In this document: piece by piece, positions 1-7,680 of the stretch
Layout of the letters: each line of letters starts with the position of its first letter
Position numbering within the stretch: position 1 is the first letter of the stretch
Virus record (IMG/VR): IMGVR_UViG_3300035689_000001
DNA length: 64,000 nucleotides
From: an uncultured virus (IMG/VR IMGVR_UViG_3300035689_000001)
Lineage: Duplodnaviria; Heunggongvirae; Uroviricota; Caudoviricetes
Direction: 5' to 3' (one strand)
Translations under genes and position numbers: made by a program
Notes under the pieces: model-generated
The model's database searches: none
Told to the model about the DNA's origin: nothing
The model's input: only the letters and a program-made list of their open reading frames with translations

Positions 1-2
1 AA

Positions 3-230
3 ATGAACTGGCAACTCAGCACCATCACGGGGATACCGGATCGCCAGGGCTGGGTAAAGCTGGGGCGGCGATCGCGCCTGATGATCCGGTGTTCGCTCGA
101 CCAGGTGCCAGCGTTCAGCACTCTGGACGGCACTATCCTGCGGGTTGGTCAAACCCTATTGCAGCTCGGCACCCTGGAGGGCAACAACCTGACCGCGTGC
201 GAGACCCTGGAGAGCCGACTCGTCATCTAA
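3..230 (+). pseudogene. cas6: Fragment of a Cas6/Cmx6-like (type I-MYXAN) CRISPR endoribonuclease; probably begins upstream of the window and is cut off at an IS200/IS605 left end
   Basis: STITGIPDRQGWVKLGRRSRLMIRC...LDGTILRVG..LLQLG.....L.ACETLESRLVI matches the N-terminal half of cyanobacterial Cmx6 as I recall it (ISGIPD..G.I.L...SRLRIR...LAGK.L.IG...I.LG......L.SRIVVIK). The stop directly abuts the IS end and the C-terminal Gly-rich loop is absent. Confidence 0.6.
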
Positions 231-631
231 ACCTCCGAGATACCCCATCCGCCTACGCGGTGGGGAGGGATAGGAGCGGCAATTGAGGGGTTCGATACCC
301 CGATATTGCCAAGTACAGGCGTACCAAAGTAAAATGAGAAACATGAGATGCCCAAAACCAAAGCGTCTCGAAGCACCTTGACAACCAGGGTTAGGGGGTT
401 CTTGCCAGGAATGCTTGGCAAGGTAAAAACTCTGAGCACCAAGTAACTGAGATTCTTCTCTCCGTACCGTGGGACACACGGGATCGGGACTCTGAAATGG
501 GTCAAAAAGTCTGTGGACATGATGTAAGACGGGAACATGGCTTGTCTGTGTACGCAAACGTGGATGAAGCAGAAACCTAAATCGTGAGGTTTGGGAATCC
601 CCATCCCTCTATAGGGTGGGGAGGATGTCAA
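231..631 (+). mobile_element. Non-autonomous IS200/IS605-family element (no tnpA/tnpB) that keeps both ends and a TnpB omega-RNA-like 3' region
   Basis: Left-end hairpin ACCTCC..CCCCATCCGCCTACGCGGTGGGGAGG. tnpB 3'-like motifs ACCGTGGGACACACGGGA (466), CTGTGGA..GATGTAAGAC and GATGAAGCAG. Right end GAATCCCCATCCCTCTATAGGGTGGGGAGGATGTCAA ends at 631. Confidence 0.8.
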
Positions 632-831
632 TCTGGGTCTATGACCCTACCCAGCTTTCGATAACCCCCGGCCTGACGATCGCCGAATTGGTACATCTGA
701 TTCGCAACACCAACAACAACATTACATCGTTGCGGTTGAGCGGCAAGAAGGAGCAAACGATGGTGCTGGCGATCGTGCGGGGTGATGAGGCCCAGAAGCT
801 GGAACAGTTCATGCAGGAGTTGGAGGGGTGA
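625..831 (+). CDS. Hypothetical protein; start codon lies inside the IS right end, probably a 5'-truncated gene
   Basis: Open frame, coupled to the next gene by a GTGA overlap at 828-831. Confidence 0.35.
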   Translation: MSIWVYDPTQLSITPGLTIAELVHLIRNTNNNITSLRLSGKKEQTMVLAIVRGDEAQKLEQFMQELEG

Positions 832-1304
832 GTACCCTGCTACTGGCCTTTAGGTTTGCCCCGCTGGTGATGGCGATCGTAGCGATCGTCTGGCTTGAGT
901 TTATGTACCGTCGGTTCAAGATAAAGCTTTGGTACAGGCTCACGGGGCGGTTGAATTATCCAGTCTGGAGCACGATGGTGCTCCAACAGATCGATGGCCT
1001 CGGCTGGTTGATGTGGGTGCGGTTAGGGTACTGCTGCATCCTGGGGTTTGTCGCGATCAAGCTGTGCAACGACATCTTGTTTGTCGAAACAGTGAGACAG
1101 GACTTCCTGGAACTGCGGCGAGAAATGGTTTTGATGCAGGATCAGGCAAGGGAGATTCAGGAGCGTCGTAATGCCCTGGCAGAAAGCGGCTGTCTATTGG
1201 GACTACACTGCATCGCAATGGGCGGTGACGGCAGAGATTGCGACAACTTTGATCACTGCAACGGGATGCAATCCCTTACGGATAATTTCGAACAACAAAC
1301 CTAA
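828..1304 (+). CDS. Hypothetical membrane protein (two hydrophobic segments, coiled coil, Cys-containing tail)
   Basis: 158-aa ORF, GGAGGGG RBS, two hydrophobic stretches. Confidence 0.6.
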   Translation: MSTLLLAFRFAPLVMAIVAIVWLEFMYRRFKIKLWYRLTGRLNYPVWSTMVLQQIDGLGWLMWVRLGYCCILGFVAIKLCNDILFVETVRQDFLELRREMVLMQDQAREIQERRNALAESGCLLGLHCIAMGGDGRDCDNFDHCNGMQSLTDNFEQQT

Positions 1305-1337
1305 CAAAATAGTCCATGTTTAATAACAGAAAATGTC

Positions 1338-1387
1338 TATTAAATGTCTATTATTTGTTGACATTTAATATTAGGAATTGTTAAAAT
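1338..1387 (+). promoter_or_regulatory. Sigma70-type promoter with an overlapping inverted-repeat operator
   Basis: TTGACA (1358-1363), 18 nt, TAAAAT (1382-1387) preceded by TGn; perfect 11-bp inverted repeat TATTAAATGTC (1338-1348)/GACATTTAATA (1360-1370). Confidence 0.6.
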
Positions 1388-1415
1388 ATATATATAGAAA
1401 AACATTTTATAAGTC

Positions 1416-1547
1416 ATGTTTACTTTCCTCGCTTTCATCGCTCTTCTCCTGATTTTCTCTGACAGCAATCGGATCGACCTCATCAATATCTTCAACGCGG
1501 CTGCACTTGCCTTTGCCCTTACCTACATTGCTCAGGCTGCGTTTTAG
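1416..1547 (+). CDS. 43-aa hydrophobic peptide (below the ORF-track cutoff)
   Basis: MFTFLAFIALLLIFSDSNRIDLINIFNAAALAFALTYIAQAAF, directly downstream of the promoter. Confidence 0.55.
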   Translation: MFTFLAFIALLLIFSDSNRIDLINIFNAAALAFALTYIAQAAF

Positions 1548-1581
1548 TCCAGCGATTATTAACTGGACTTTTGACTAAATC

Positions 1582-1686
1582 GCGCCGATTTTTTCTGAAA
1601 CACTGGCGCTGCCAGTGTTTCAGAAAAAATCGGCGCTAAAATTAGATATGCCGCGAAACGCTCTTGCAGAGAGCGTTTCGCGGCAT
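1582..1686. repeat. Two adjacent perfect inverted repeats (26-bp arms with 3-nt loop; 17-bp arms with 5-nt loop)
   Basis: GCGCCGATTTTTTCTGAAACACTGGC-GCT-complement (1582-1636); ATGCCGCGAAACGCTCT-TGCAG-complement (1648-1686). Confidence 0.95.
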
Positions 1687-1744
1687 TGCAGAAAAGATAG
1701 TCAAAACTCCAGTTATTAATCAACTTATTTTAGCTTCTATTAAA

Positions 1745-1894
1745 ATGACTCTTCTGCAACTGGCTCTATTTATCCTGATTCAATCGGCGATCGCTACATT
1801 CCTGATGATCATTTTTGGTTATCTACAGCCTGAAGAAATTAACCCATTCATTATTCTCGGAATCTTCCTCGCTGCCTTTAGTCTTGCTCATTAA
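1745..1894 (+). CDS. 49-aa peptide with two hydrophobic segments
   Basis: MTLLQLALFILIQSAIATFLMIIFGYLQPEEINPFIILGIFLAAFSLAH. Confidence 0.55.
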   Translation: MTLLQLALFILIQSAIATFLMIIFGYLQPEEINPFIILGIFLAAFSLAH

Positions 1895-1905
1895 CGAGGC
1901 CCCGG

Positions 1906-2133
1906 ATGTTCAGCACAATCATTATCTACCCCTATTCCTGGACCTGGGCTTTTGACGCCGCCGCCTACGCCATTCTGGCCGCAACTGCCCTGAAGCTCGC
2001 GATCATCGGCCTCATCCTTCTGAGTCTCTGGGCCTTCAAGCCCGAAGCCCTGAAGATTGACATCCTCCCCATCCGTCTACACGGTGGGGAGGATGTCAAT
2101 AACTCGACTTTGCGATCTGTCGCAATTCGCTGA
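1906..2133 (+). CDS. Small membrane protein; its C-terminus reads through the IS-end palindrome
   Basis: 75-aa ORF with GAGG RBS and a long hydrophobic stretch. Confidence 0.5.
   Translation: MFSTIIIYPYSWTWAFDAAAYAILAATALKLAIIGLILLSLWAFKPEALKIDILPIRLHGGEDVNNSTLRSVAIR
2057..2099. mobile_element. 43-bp palindromic IS200/IS605 end remnant (right-end motif on both strands)
   Basis: TTGACATCCTCCCC-ATCCGTCTACACGGT-GGGGAGGATGTCAA; the last 17 nt (GGTGGGGAGGATGTCAA) are identical to the right end at 615-631. Confidence 0.7.
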
Positions 2134-2725
2134 TTAAAGCGCTCTCTTGCTCAGTATCTAAAGTGGGAATCGGATCGCTGTGGCAATAGTGTTTGCTGAG
2201 GATGCCAATTGGCACAGTGCCCAGCGTGATCAGTTTGTTGTGGATGCAGGAAATCCCTCGTTTGCTGAGGTACTGCCGACATCCGTTTTTGGCATCTTCA
2301 GCAACTATGTTGTAAGTGCCGTCTGGACTAGCCAGTAAATTTTGCAGTTCCGCAATTTTTTGAACCGGCACATCTTTACCCAGTTCAGGTAGCGGTCCGA
2401 CACCTGGCGCTTCATAGGCGTACAAAATATGCAGTTTGTGAAACTCCATCCCCCTCAGCCCGACCGCCCCATTGTGTAAAATCCCCAGCACAACCCTATC
2501 GGCCCCCGACAACACCGCCAACTGAGCCAATAGGTCGAGTGCGCGTCGGTGTTCCCGCCGTACCCCGCCCTGCTGTCCAATTTTCTTGAGTTGCCGATTC
2601 AGGTGCGCGATCGCCACTGTTAGCCCAATGGTCAAGGCAGTAGTGGCTAAACCTGTGAGTTCCGCCGCCAGCGCGGGGTCTAGCGTCGGTGGGGGTTGCC
2701 GAGGGGGTTGCTGTTCTGTGTACAC
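2096..2725 (-). CDS. Phage protein with an N-terminal membrane anchor and a GAF-like domain
   Basis: TM segment, then LSGADRVVLGILHNG...PIGILSKHY, a pattern typical of GAF-like phage proteins. Confidence 0.55.
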   Translation of the reverse strand: MYTEQQPPRQPPPTLDPALAAELTGLATTALTIGLTVAIAHLNRQLKKIGQQGGVRREHRRALDLLAQLAVLSGADRVVLGILHNGAVGLRGMEFHKLHILYAYEAPGVGPLPELGKDVPVQKIAELQNLLASPDGTYNIVAEDAKNGCRQYLSKRGISCIHNKLITLGTVPIGILSKHYCHSDPIPTLDTEQESALISELRQIAKSSY

Positions 2726-2736
2726 TGCCTATCTCC

Positions 2737-2928
2737 CTATCTCCTATCGGGCACCATATAGCCCAAACCGAACGTAAACAGGACAGCAATAGCAGCCTGC
2801 ACTTGTTCGTCTAATTCAATGCCTCGTGATTTTAGGCCAGCGATCGCCAATGTCGCTAGCGCAGCCCCCAGCGACGAGGCTATCACTTTATTCTTGGGTA
2901 GCGCGGAAGTGGCGTTTTCGAGTCGCAT
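2737..2928 (-). CDS. Putative holin
   Basis: 63 aa, two hydrophobic helices, charged C-terminus (PDRR), at the end of the tail operon. Confidence 0.55.
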   Translation of the reverse strand: MRLENATSALPKNKVIASSLGAALATLAIAGLKSRGIELDEQVQAAIAVLFTFGLGYMVPDRR

Positions 2929-2948
2929 GATTTGTTCTCCTGTTGTGT

Positions 2949-3374
2949 TTATGGTTTATCGGGCCAAACGACATCTTCAGCGGATTCAAACTGTTGCGGC
3001 AAGTCCCTCAACAACTGCCTGTATTCGGCCCATGCTTGTTGGTCAACGGGCGCATCCGCCACCTGTGTCCAGTCACACTCAGCCAACAATTTATCCCTCA
3101 GAATTCGGACTCCCTCCCATGTCGTAGGATAGTAACTGGGGCGATTGAGGGTGGCGATCGTTTTTGGTAATCGAGCTAAAGCTATACTCCGGGTAGGCTC
3201 TTCAAGCTGACTAAGGATTGCCTGTTCGACATCAGTCGGATTAAGCGAGGGTGATAATACACAATCGCAGTCAAATACAGATCTGGAATCTCCGGTAGAG
3301 GTAGACCAGATAACAGGGATTAATAGTTGATCTCCCTGGCGAATTGGAATGATGGAACTGATTTGGGTTTTCAT
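2949..3374 (-). CDS. Tail fibre assembly chaperone
   Basis: WEGVRILRDKLLAECDWTQVADAP....WAEYRQLLRDLPQQ....VVWP signature; follows the fibre gene. Confidence 0.88.
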   Translation of the reverse strand: MKTQISSIIPIRQGDQLLIPVIWSTSTGDSRSVFDCDCVLSPSLNPTDVEQAILSQLEEPTRSIALARLPKTIATLNRPSYYPTTWEGVRILRDKLLAECDWTQVADAPVDQQAWAEYRQLLRDLPQQFESAEDVVWPDKP

Positions 3375-3399
3375 AAGTTTTTGTGAGGATTAGTTTAGG

Positions 3400-5943
3400 T
3401 TAGCGGGCAAGAGTGGGCGCTAAGTCTAATAAGGCTATACCCTGATCAATGTCGCAAAAAAAACTCCAGGGACTACCCAATACCTCAAAGCGGTTGGCAA
3501 CCATAAGAGATCGCCAACCGCCACTCCGACTCAGCCAACAACCAGAAGTGATATATGCGCCAGATGATGAATTTCCGCTTTTTGGGAAAAAGGCATTGTT
3601 GGTTGTAAACAGCAAATCTTTTTGATAAGTCGCACGGTGGCTTGGAGTTGAGCGGCCATCAAAAATTCCATTGATATAGCCAATCAAAGAATAGTCTGTA
3701 CTAGTATTGTCCACAAAAGTTGATGGATTAAGCGAGATCCATGCTGCATGGTGCGCAGGTAAGCTATTAGATGAGTTTATATTAATTCCATCTAGCCACT
3801 TCCACACCCCTCCCCAAAAATTTTCGATTCCCCTCCATGTTGCATAATCTAATGATTGACTAGTAGATTGTGGCTGGGGGTCTGTCGGCCCCACACCGGA
3901 GGAGTTGCCGTTAGTATTGCTCAAACCAGAATTGTTACTGCCTGATGTTCCTTGGAGCTCGGCCCTACCTCTGCCCACACCAACAGTTGAACTCCGACTT
4001 GCAAAGTTTCTGTATTCGCTCAGATACAGTGTTTGCAACGCTGTCCAGAGTGTGTAGTCAGCCATAGCCCAGCCATCTGCATATAAGCCAGCAGAATAGT
4101 TGCCCCTATTTCTTGCTCTTAGTCGAGAAGCTCCCACCCTTATGTTTACCAATGGAAATCGTCTAAATGTCAGCCTTGCACTATTCAATGCGCCTGGAGT
4201 AATAGCCGCACCCCCTACAGACGTAGCAATCGAAAGTGTGCGCGTGGCTGCATTCCAGTCCCTCACAAAATAGGGGGTGCTGGTACTCAGATTACCTACA
4301 GAAGTTCCTGAGACAAATACCTGCTGTCCATTTTGCGGACTCAATGCACTTGCCCCAATGGTAATTGTGCTGCCACTTACGTCAGTAATCGGATAGTCAG
4401 CGCCAGAGCTACTACTTAGAAAATTAGCAGTAAATACATTGTCTGCGAATGTCCCTGACAAAGACACGGCGCTTCCATTGCTGGTAGCTGCTAACCTAAA
4501 GGTTCCGCCACCAGCAGAGGGTGTCCAGTCTCTCACAAAATAGTTGGTAGTTGCACTCAGGTTGCCTACAGAGGTTCCCGAAACAAATCCCTGTAATCCA
4601 TTTTTGAGCGTAGCGGTTGTGGTAAAAATCCCTGTAGCTGTATCTACTGCGGTAATCGGATAGGCGATCGCATCATTGGTGACCTGATATGCCGCGAAGT
4701 ATCTATATCTGATGTTTGCTGTTAAAACGGCATCAGTAAACGTTGCGCTTGTCAGGTCAACCGTATCAGTTAACGCCGATGAAGTTGCTAGTTTGAATGT
4801 GCGGGTTGCTGGATTCCAATCTCTCACCCAGTAGGTTGTGTTGGCATTCAAGTCCCCAATTGCAGTACCAGAAAATCTACCGCTAATGCCATTTCGGAGA
4901 TCGCGTGTAGTGGTGAGGGTGTCTGTAGTGGCATTTGCTGCTGTAATTGAGTAGCGCATTACGCTGCGCTCAATTACATAGGGGTTGCCAGGAATCACAA
5001 CATCCTCAACCACGCTATACAAAGCCATTGTTTCGGGATCTCGTTTTAGCGTCCGCTCAGCCGCAGGGTCAGTATCTCGCCAAAAAGCAGGGTGACGAAT
5101 CCATTTGCCCTGCTCAGTAGCAGAGAGCGAGTTGTAAACGCCAGGAGTTACCGCCCACCAGCAATGCATTTCTCTGGTGTTGCCCAGAATATAGGGGCTA
5201 ACAACCTGCCCACCAGCTAACGCATAATCATTTGCCACGCTTGCGCCACGTGTATTTCGCCAATTCCTTCCATCATAGAAATCGTGACGGAAAAAGAATT
5301 CCCTAATTTCTACCATTACTTGCCCAGCATTACCCGCCAGGTTTGCCTCAGCAGTTCCAGCAGCGGGAGTGACGTTCAAGTTGTTGTTTGCCAATGATTC
5401 CCACACGCTCCCGCTGTGGATAACGCGATCGCCTACAAAGTAGGTGGTGGCCGAACTCCAATCCAGCAAGCCCTGGCGAATGTATGAATTCCCAGTGCCA
5501 GCATGTTTTACAGGATCACCGCCATTGCCGCACTTTCTTTGTCCCTCATAGATCCGTAGCCATCCAGACTGAGTTGTACCATTCCAACTGCCTGCAATCT
5601 TAGTGCTGTCGTCAGCATCGAGATAGTACAAAACGACCCCATTATCCTGCAATAAGCAGCGACGCAAGAAACTGGTAGGACGCAGGTCTGGGGCGACTGT
5701 ATAGTTAACACCTGCATTTTCAGGGCCAGCGCCAACATATTGAAGAAATCTTCTATTTGCATCAGAAGAGGGTTCGTAGTAGGTGTCGTTAATTTGATCC
5801 CAAATGACTGGAGTTGTTACCTGTAAAGCCTCAGAGCTAGATCCCAGAGTTGCAGTGATGATGCCTGAAACTACATTTTGAGTTGGGTCAAGAGAATCCA
5901 AATCGATGTTTTGTGTAATGCGCCCAAAATTAATACTTGCCAT
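3400..5943 (-). CDS. Tail fibre/receptor-binding protein with an Mtd/C-type-lectin-like body, a CBM5/12-like motif and three inserted beta repeats
   Basis: GQVMVEI, HPAF, LYLSEY and WRGIENFWGGVWKWLDG motifs; WSSATTYFVGDRVIHSGSVWES; 3x SGT.(V/I)G.L...T.Y.VRDW. Confidence 0.75.
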   Translation of the reverse strand: MASINFGRITQNIDLDSLDPTQNVVSGIITATLGSSSEALQVTTPVIWDQINDTYYEPSSDANRRFLQYVGAGPENAGVNYTVAPDLRPTSFLRRCLLQDNGVVLYYLDADDSTKIAGSWNGTTQSGWLRIYEGQRKCGNGGDPVKHAGTGNSYIRQGLLDWSSATTYFVGDRVIHSGSVWESLANNNLNVTPAAGTAEANLAGNAGQVMVEIREFFFRHDFYDGRNWRNTRGASVANDYALAGGQVVSPYILGNTREMHCWWAVTPGVYNSLSATEQGKWIRHPAFWRDTDPAAERTLKRDPETMALYSVVEDVVIPGNPYVIERSVMRYSITAANATTDTLTTTRDLRNGISGRFSGTAIGDLNANTTYWVRDWNPATRTFKLATSSALTDTVDLTSATFTDAVLTANIRYRYFAAYQVTNDAIAYPITAVDTATGIFTTTATLKNGLQGFVSGTSVGNLSATTNYFVRDWTPSAGGGTFRLAATSNGSAVSLSGTFADNVFTANFLSSSSGADYPITDVSGSTITIGASALSPQNGQQVFVSGTSVGNLSTSTPYFVRDWNAATRTLSIATSVGGAAITPGALNSARLTFRRFPLVNIRVGASRLRARNRGNYSAGLYADGWAMADYTLWTALQTLYLSEYRNFASRSSTVGVGRGRAELQGTSGSNNSGLSNTNGNSSGVGPTDPQPQSTSQSLDYATWRGIENFWGGVWKWLDGININSSNSLPAHHAAWISLNPSTFVDNTSTDYSLIGYINGIFDGRSTPSHRATYQKDLLFTTNNAFFPKSGNSSSGAYITSGCWLSRSGGWRSLMVANRFEVLGSPWSFFCDIDQGIALLDLAPTLAR

Positions 5944-7679
5944 TAAGCCGCCCCTCCGTCAGTAATTGTCCAACCTTTACCTACCAGCGTATTAAACGCA
6001 GTTGTCCCGTCTGCATTGCGAGTTCTACCAGCAGCATTTAAGCGCACCCCACTCAACACGGTCTGCGGTGCCCACCCTTGTAGCGTGCTGCTGTAATTTG
6101 CAGTAGATAGCCCACTGTTGCTCAGCATGTTTACTGCCGAATTTCGGTAGTTGATTTGGTTGTTATTAACATCTAAATCAAAGCTAACTGCGGCCACTTT
6201 GGTCATGTTCCAACCCCCAATATTTTGGTTGAAGGCCGAGGCATTTTGTAGCGCTGACTCCATATTCGCAACATTTCCAGTAGCCCAGCCACCAATATTT
6301 CTATTAAACGCTGTAGCGCCAGCAAACATAAAACTCAAGTCTGCGACATTGTTTACCTGCCAATTGGAGATATCGCCATTGAACGCAGTCGTGCCTGCAA
6401 ACATGCGATTCATGTTGGTCACCCCAATGGTGTTCCACTGGTTGCCACTCCTGGAGATCGCCTGGTTAAAGGCTGTCGCACCCTGGAACATGCTGCTCAT
6501 GTTGGTCACTTTGCTTGTATCCCAACTGGTGATGTTTGAGTTAAATGCAGTTGCGCCCTCAAACGTGCTTTCCATGTTGACGACATTAGCGGTGTTCCAT
6601 GCCAGTGCTTGACCGCCATTGTTAAAGGCCATTGGCGCATCAAATGTAGCAGGGAACAGTATGTTGCTAAGGGTTGTTTCCAGCGCTGCAAACGTATAGG
6701 CCAGAGATGTCACCGCAGCAGTGTTCCAGCCAGCAATATTTTGATTGAATGCTCTAGCATCGTAAAACATATAGCTGAGGTTGGTTGCAGCAGCCGTACT
6801 CCAGGCTGAAAGTGCCTGATTAAAAGCCCTTGCTGAGTAAAAGCACTCGCTAAAATTAGTTACCCTTGACGTGTTCAGCGCACTGAGCGGTTGGTTAAAA
6901 ATCAGCGCTCCACGCAGGAATCCCTGCATGTTAACGTTGAGGCCAGCCGCAGTTGGTAATACCCAGCTGTTAACGTTTGCGCTGTTGAACAAAGCGCAGT
7001 CCCTAAACGTGTTTGAGAGATTTGTAATGATATTCCCGGTGGCTGTTAGGTCAGGGGATGCTGTGGGGATTGTCGTAAGGTTGGCGCAGCCCCAGAAATA
7101 CCCACCAGTGTTGGTTAGTTTTAGCGGCCCCCAATTTGTGATTTGCCGCAGTTTAGGGGCATCTCCCTGGCCCAAGAAGGCAAACCCATCAATCTGTCCC
7201 ACAATCCTAATTGTGCGGTTGCCGGTAACTGTGTAGTTGTGAGTTGTTTCAAACTGGTTGTGGCTGGTGATGATATCGAACGGTGTGCCATCACCCCAAT
7301 CCACAGCAAAGTTGTACGTGCCACTGGCCAGCAGCGGGAGCTTGAATGCTGCCCCAGAGGATGCACCTGATAGCGTAGATGCGATCGCTGGGTCAACCTG
7401 CATTGTCAGTGTTGGCGCAGCGGGATTGAACAGCACAAAATATCTGGAGTTTGCTTCCTCTTCCGCCGACCCAGCCTGAAACCGCACAGCACTGACTCTG
7501 TAGGATACATACGGCTGAGAAGCAAATACAAAACCATCGTCAAATGTCAGCGTCCCTGTTGTGGCTGGGGATGCGCTGGTTACTGTTCCCACCAACGAAT
7601 AGTTAGTCCCGTCTGTGGAGCGGTAAATCCTATGGCTGGTTTCAGTTGTGTTGTTGTCTTTCCAGGTGATTATTGTCAT
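5943..7679 (-). CDS. BspA/DUF285 repeat surface protein with N-terminal FnIII-like and PKD-like domains
   Basis: Many FNQ.I..W.T..VTNM..MF repeats; VDWGDG; ITWKDN..TET..RIYRS. Confidence 0.88.
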   Translation of the reverse strand: MTIITWKDNNTTETSHRIYRSTDGTNYSLVGTVTSASPATTGTLTFDDGFVFASQPYVSYRVSAVRFQAGSAEEEANSRYFVLFNPAAPTLTMQVDPAIASTLSGASSGAAFKLPLLASGTYNFAVDWGDGTPFDIITSHNQFETTHNYTVTGNRTIRIVGQIDGFAFLGQGDAPKLRQITNWGPLKLTNTGGYFWGCANLTTIPTASPDLTATGNIITNLSNTFRDCALFNSANVNSWVLPTAAGLNVNMQGFLRGALIFNQPLSALNTSRVTNFSECFYSARAFNQALSAWSTAAATNLSYMFYDARAFNQNIAGWNTAAVTSLAYTFAALETTLSNILFPATFDAPMAFNNGGQALAWNTANVVNMESTFEGATAFNSNITSWDTSKVTNMSSMFQGATAFNQAISRSGNQWNTIGVTNMNRMFAGTTAFNGDISNWQVNNVADLSFMFAGATAFNRNIGGWATGNVANMESALQNASAFNQNIGGWNMTKVAAVSFDLDVNNNQINYRNSAVNMLSNSGLSTANYSSTLQGWAPQTVLSGVRLNAAGRTRNADGTTAFNTLVGKGWTITDGGAA

Positions 7680-7680
7680 G

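Noticed and set aside
1582..1636. Protelomerase target (telRL)
   Set aside because: The palindrome has a 3-nt unpaired centre, and no protelomerase gene is visible
231..2100. CRISPR array near cas6
   Set aside because: No regularly spaced direct repeats; the hairpins are IS ends or unique palindromes
3400..3560. DGR variable region at the end of the Mtd-like fibre
   Set aside because: No reverse transcriptase, template repeat or adenine-variant duplicate of this segment was found in the window; a DGR elsewhere cannot be excluded
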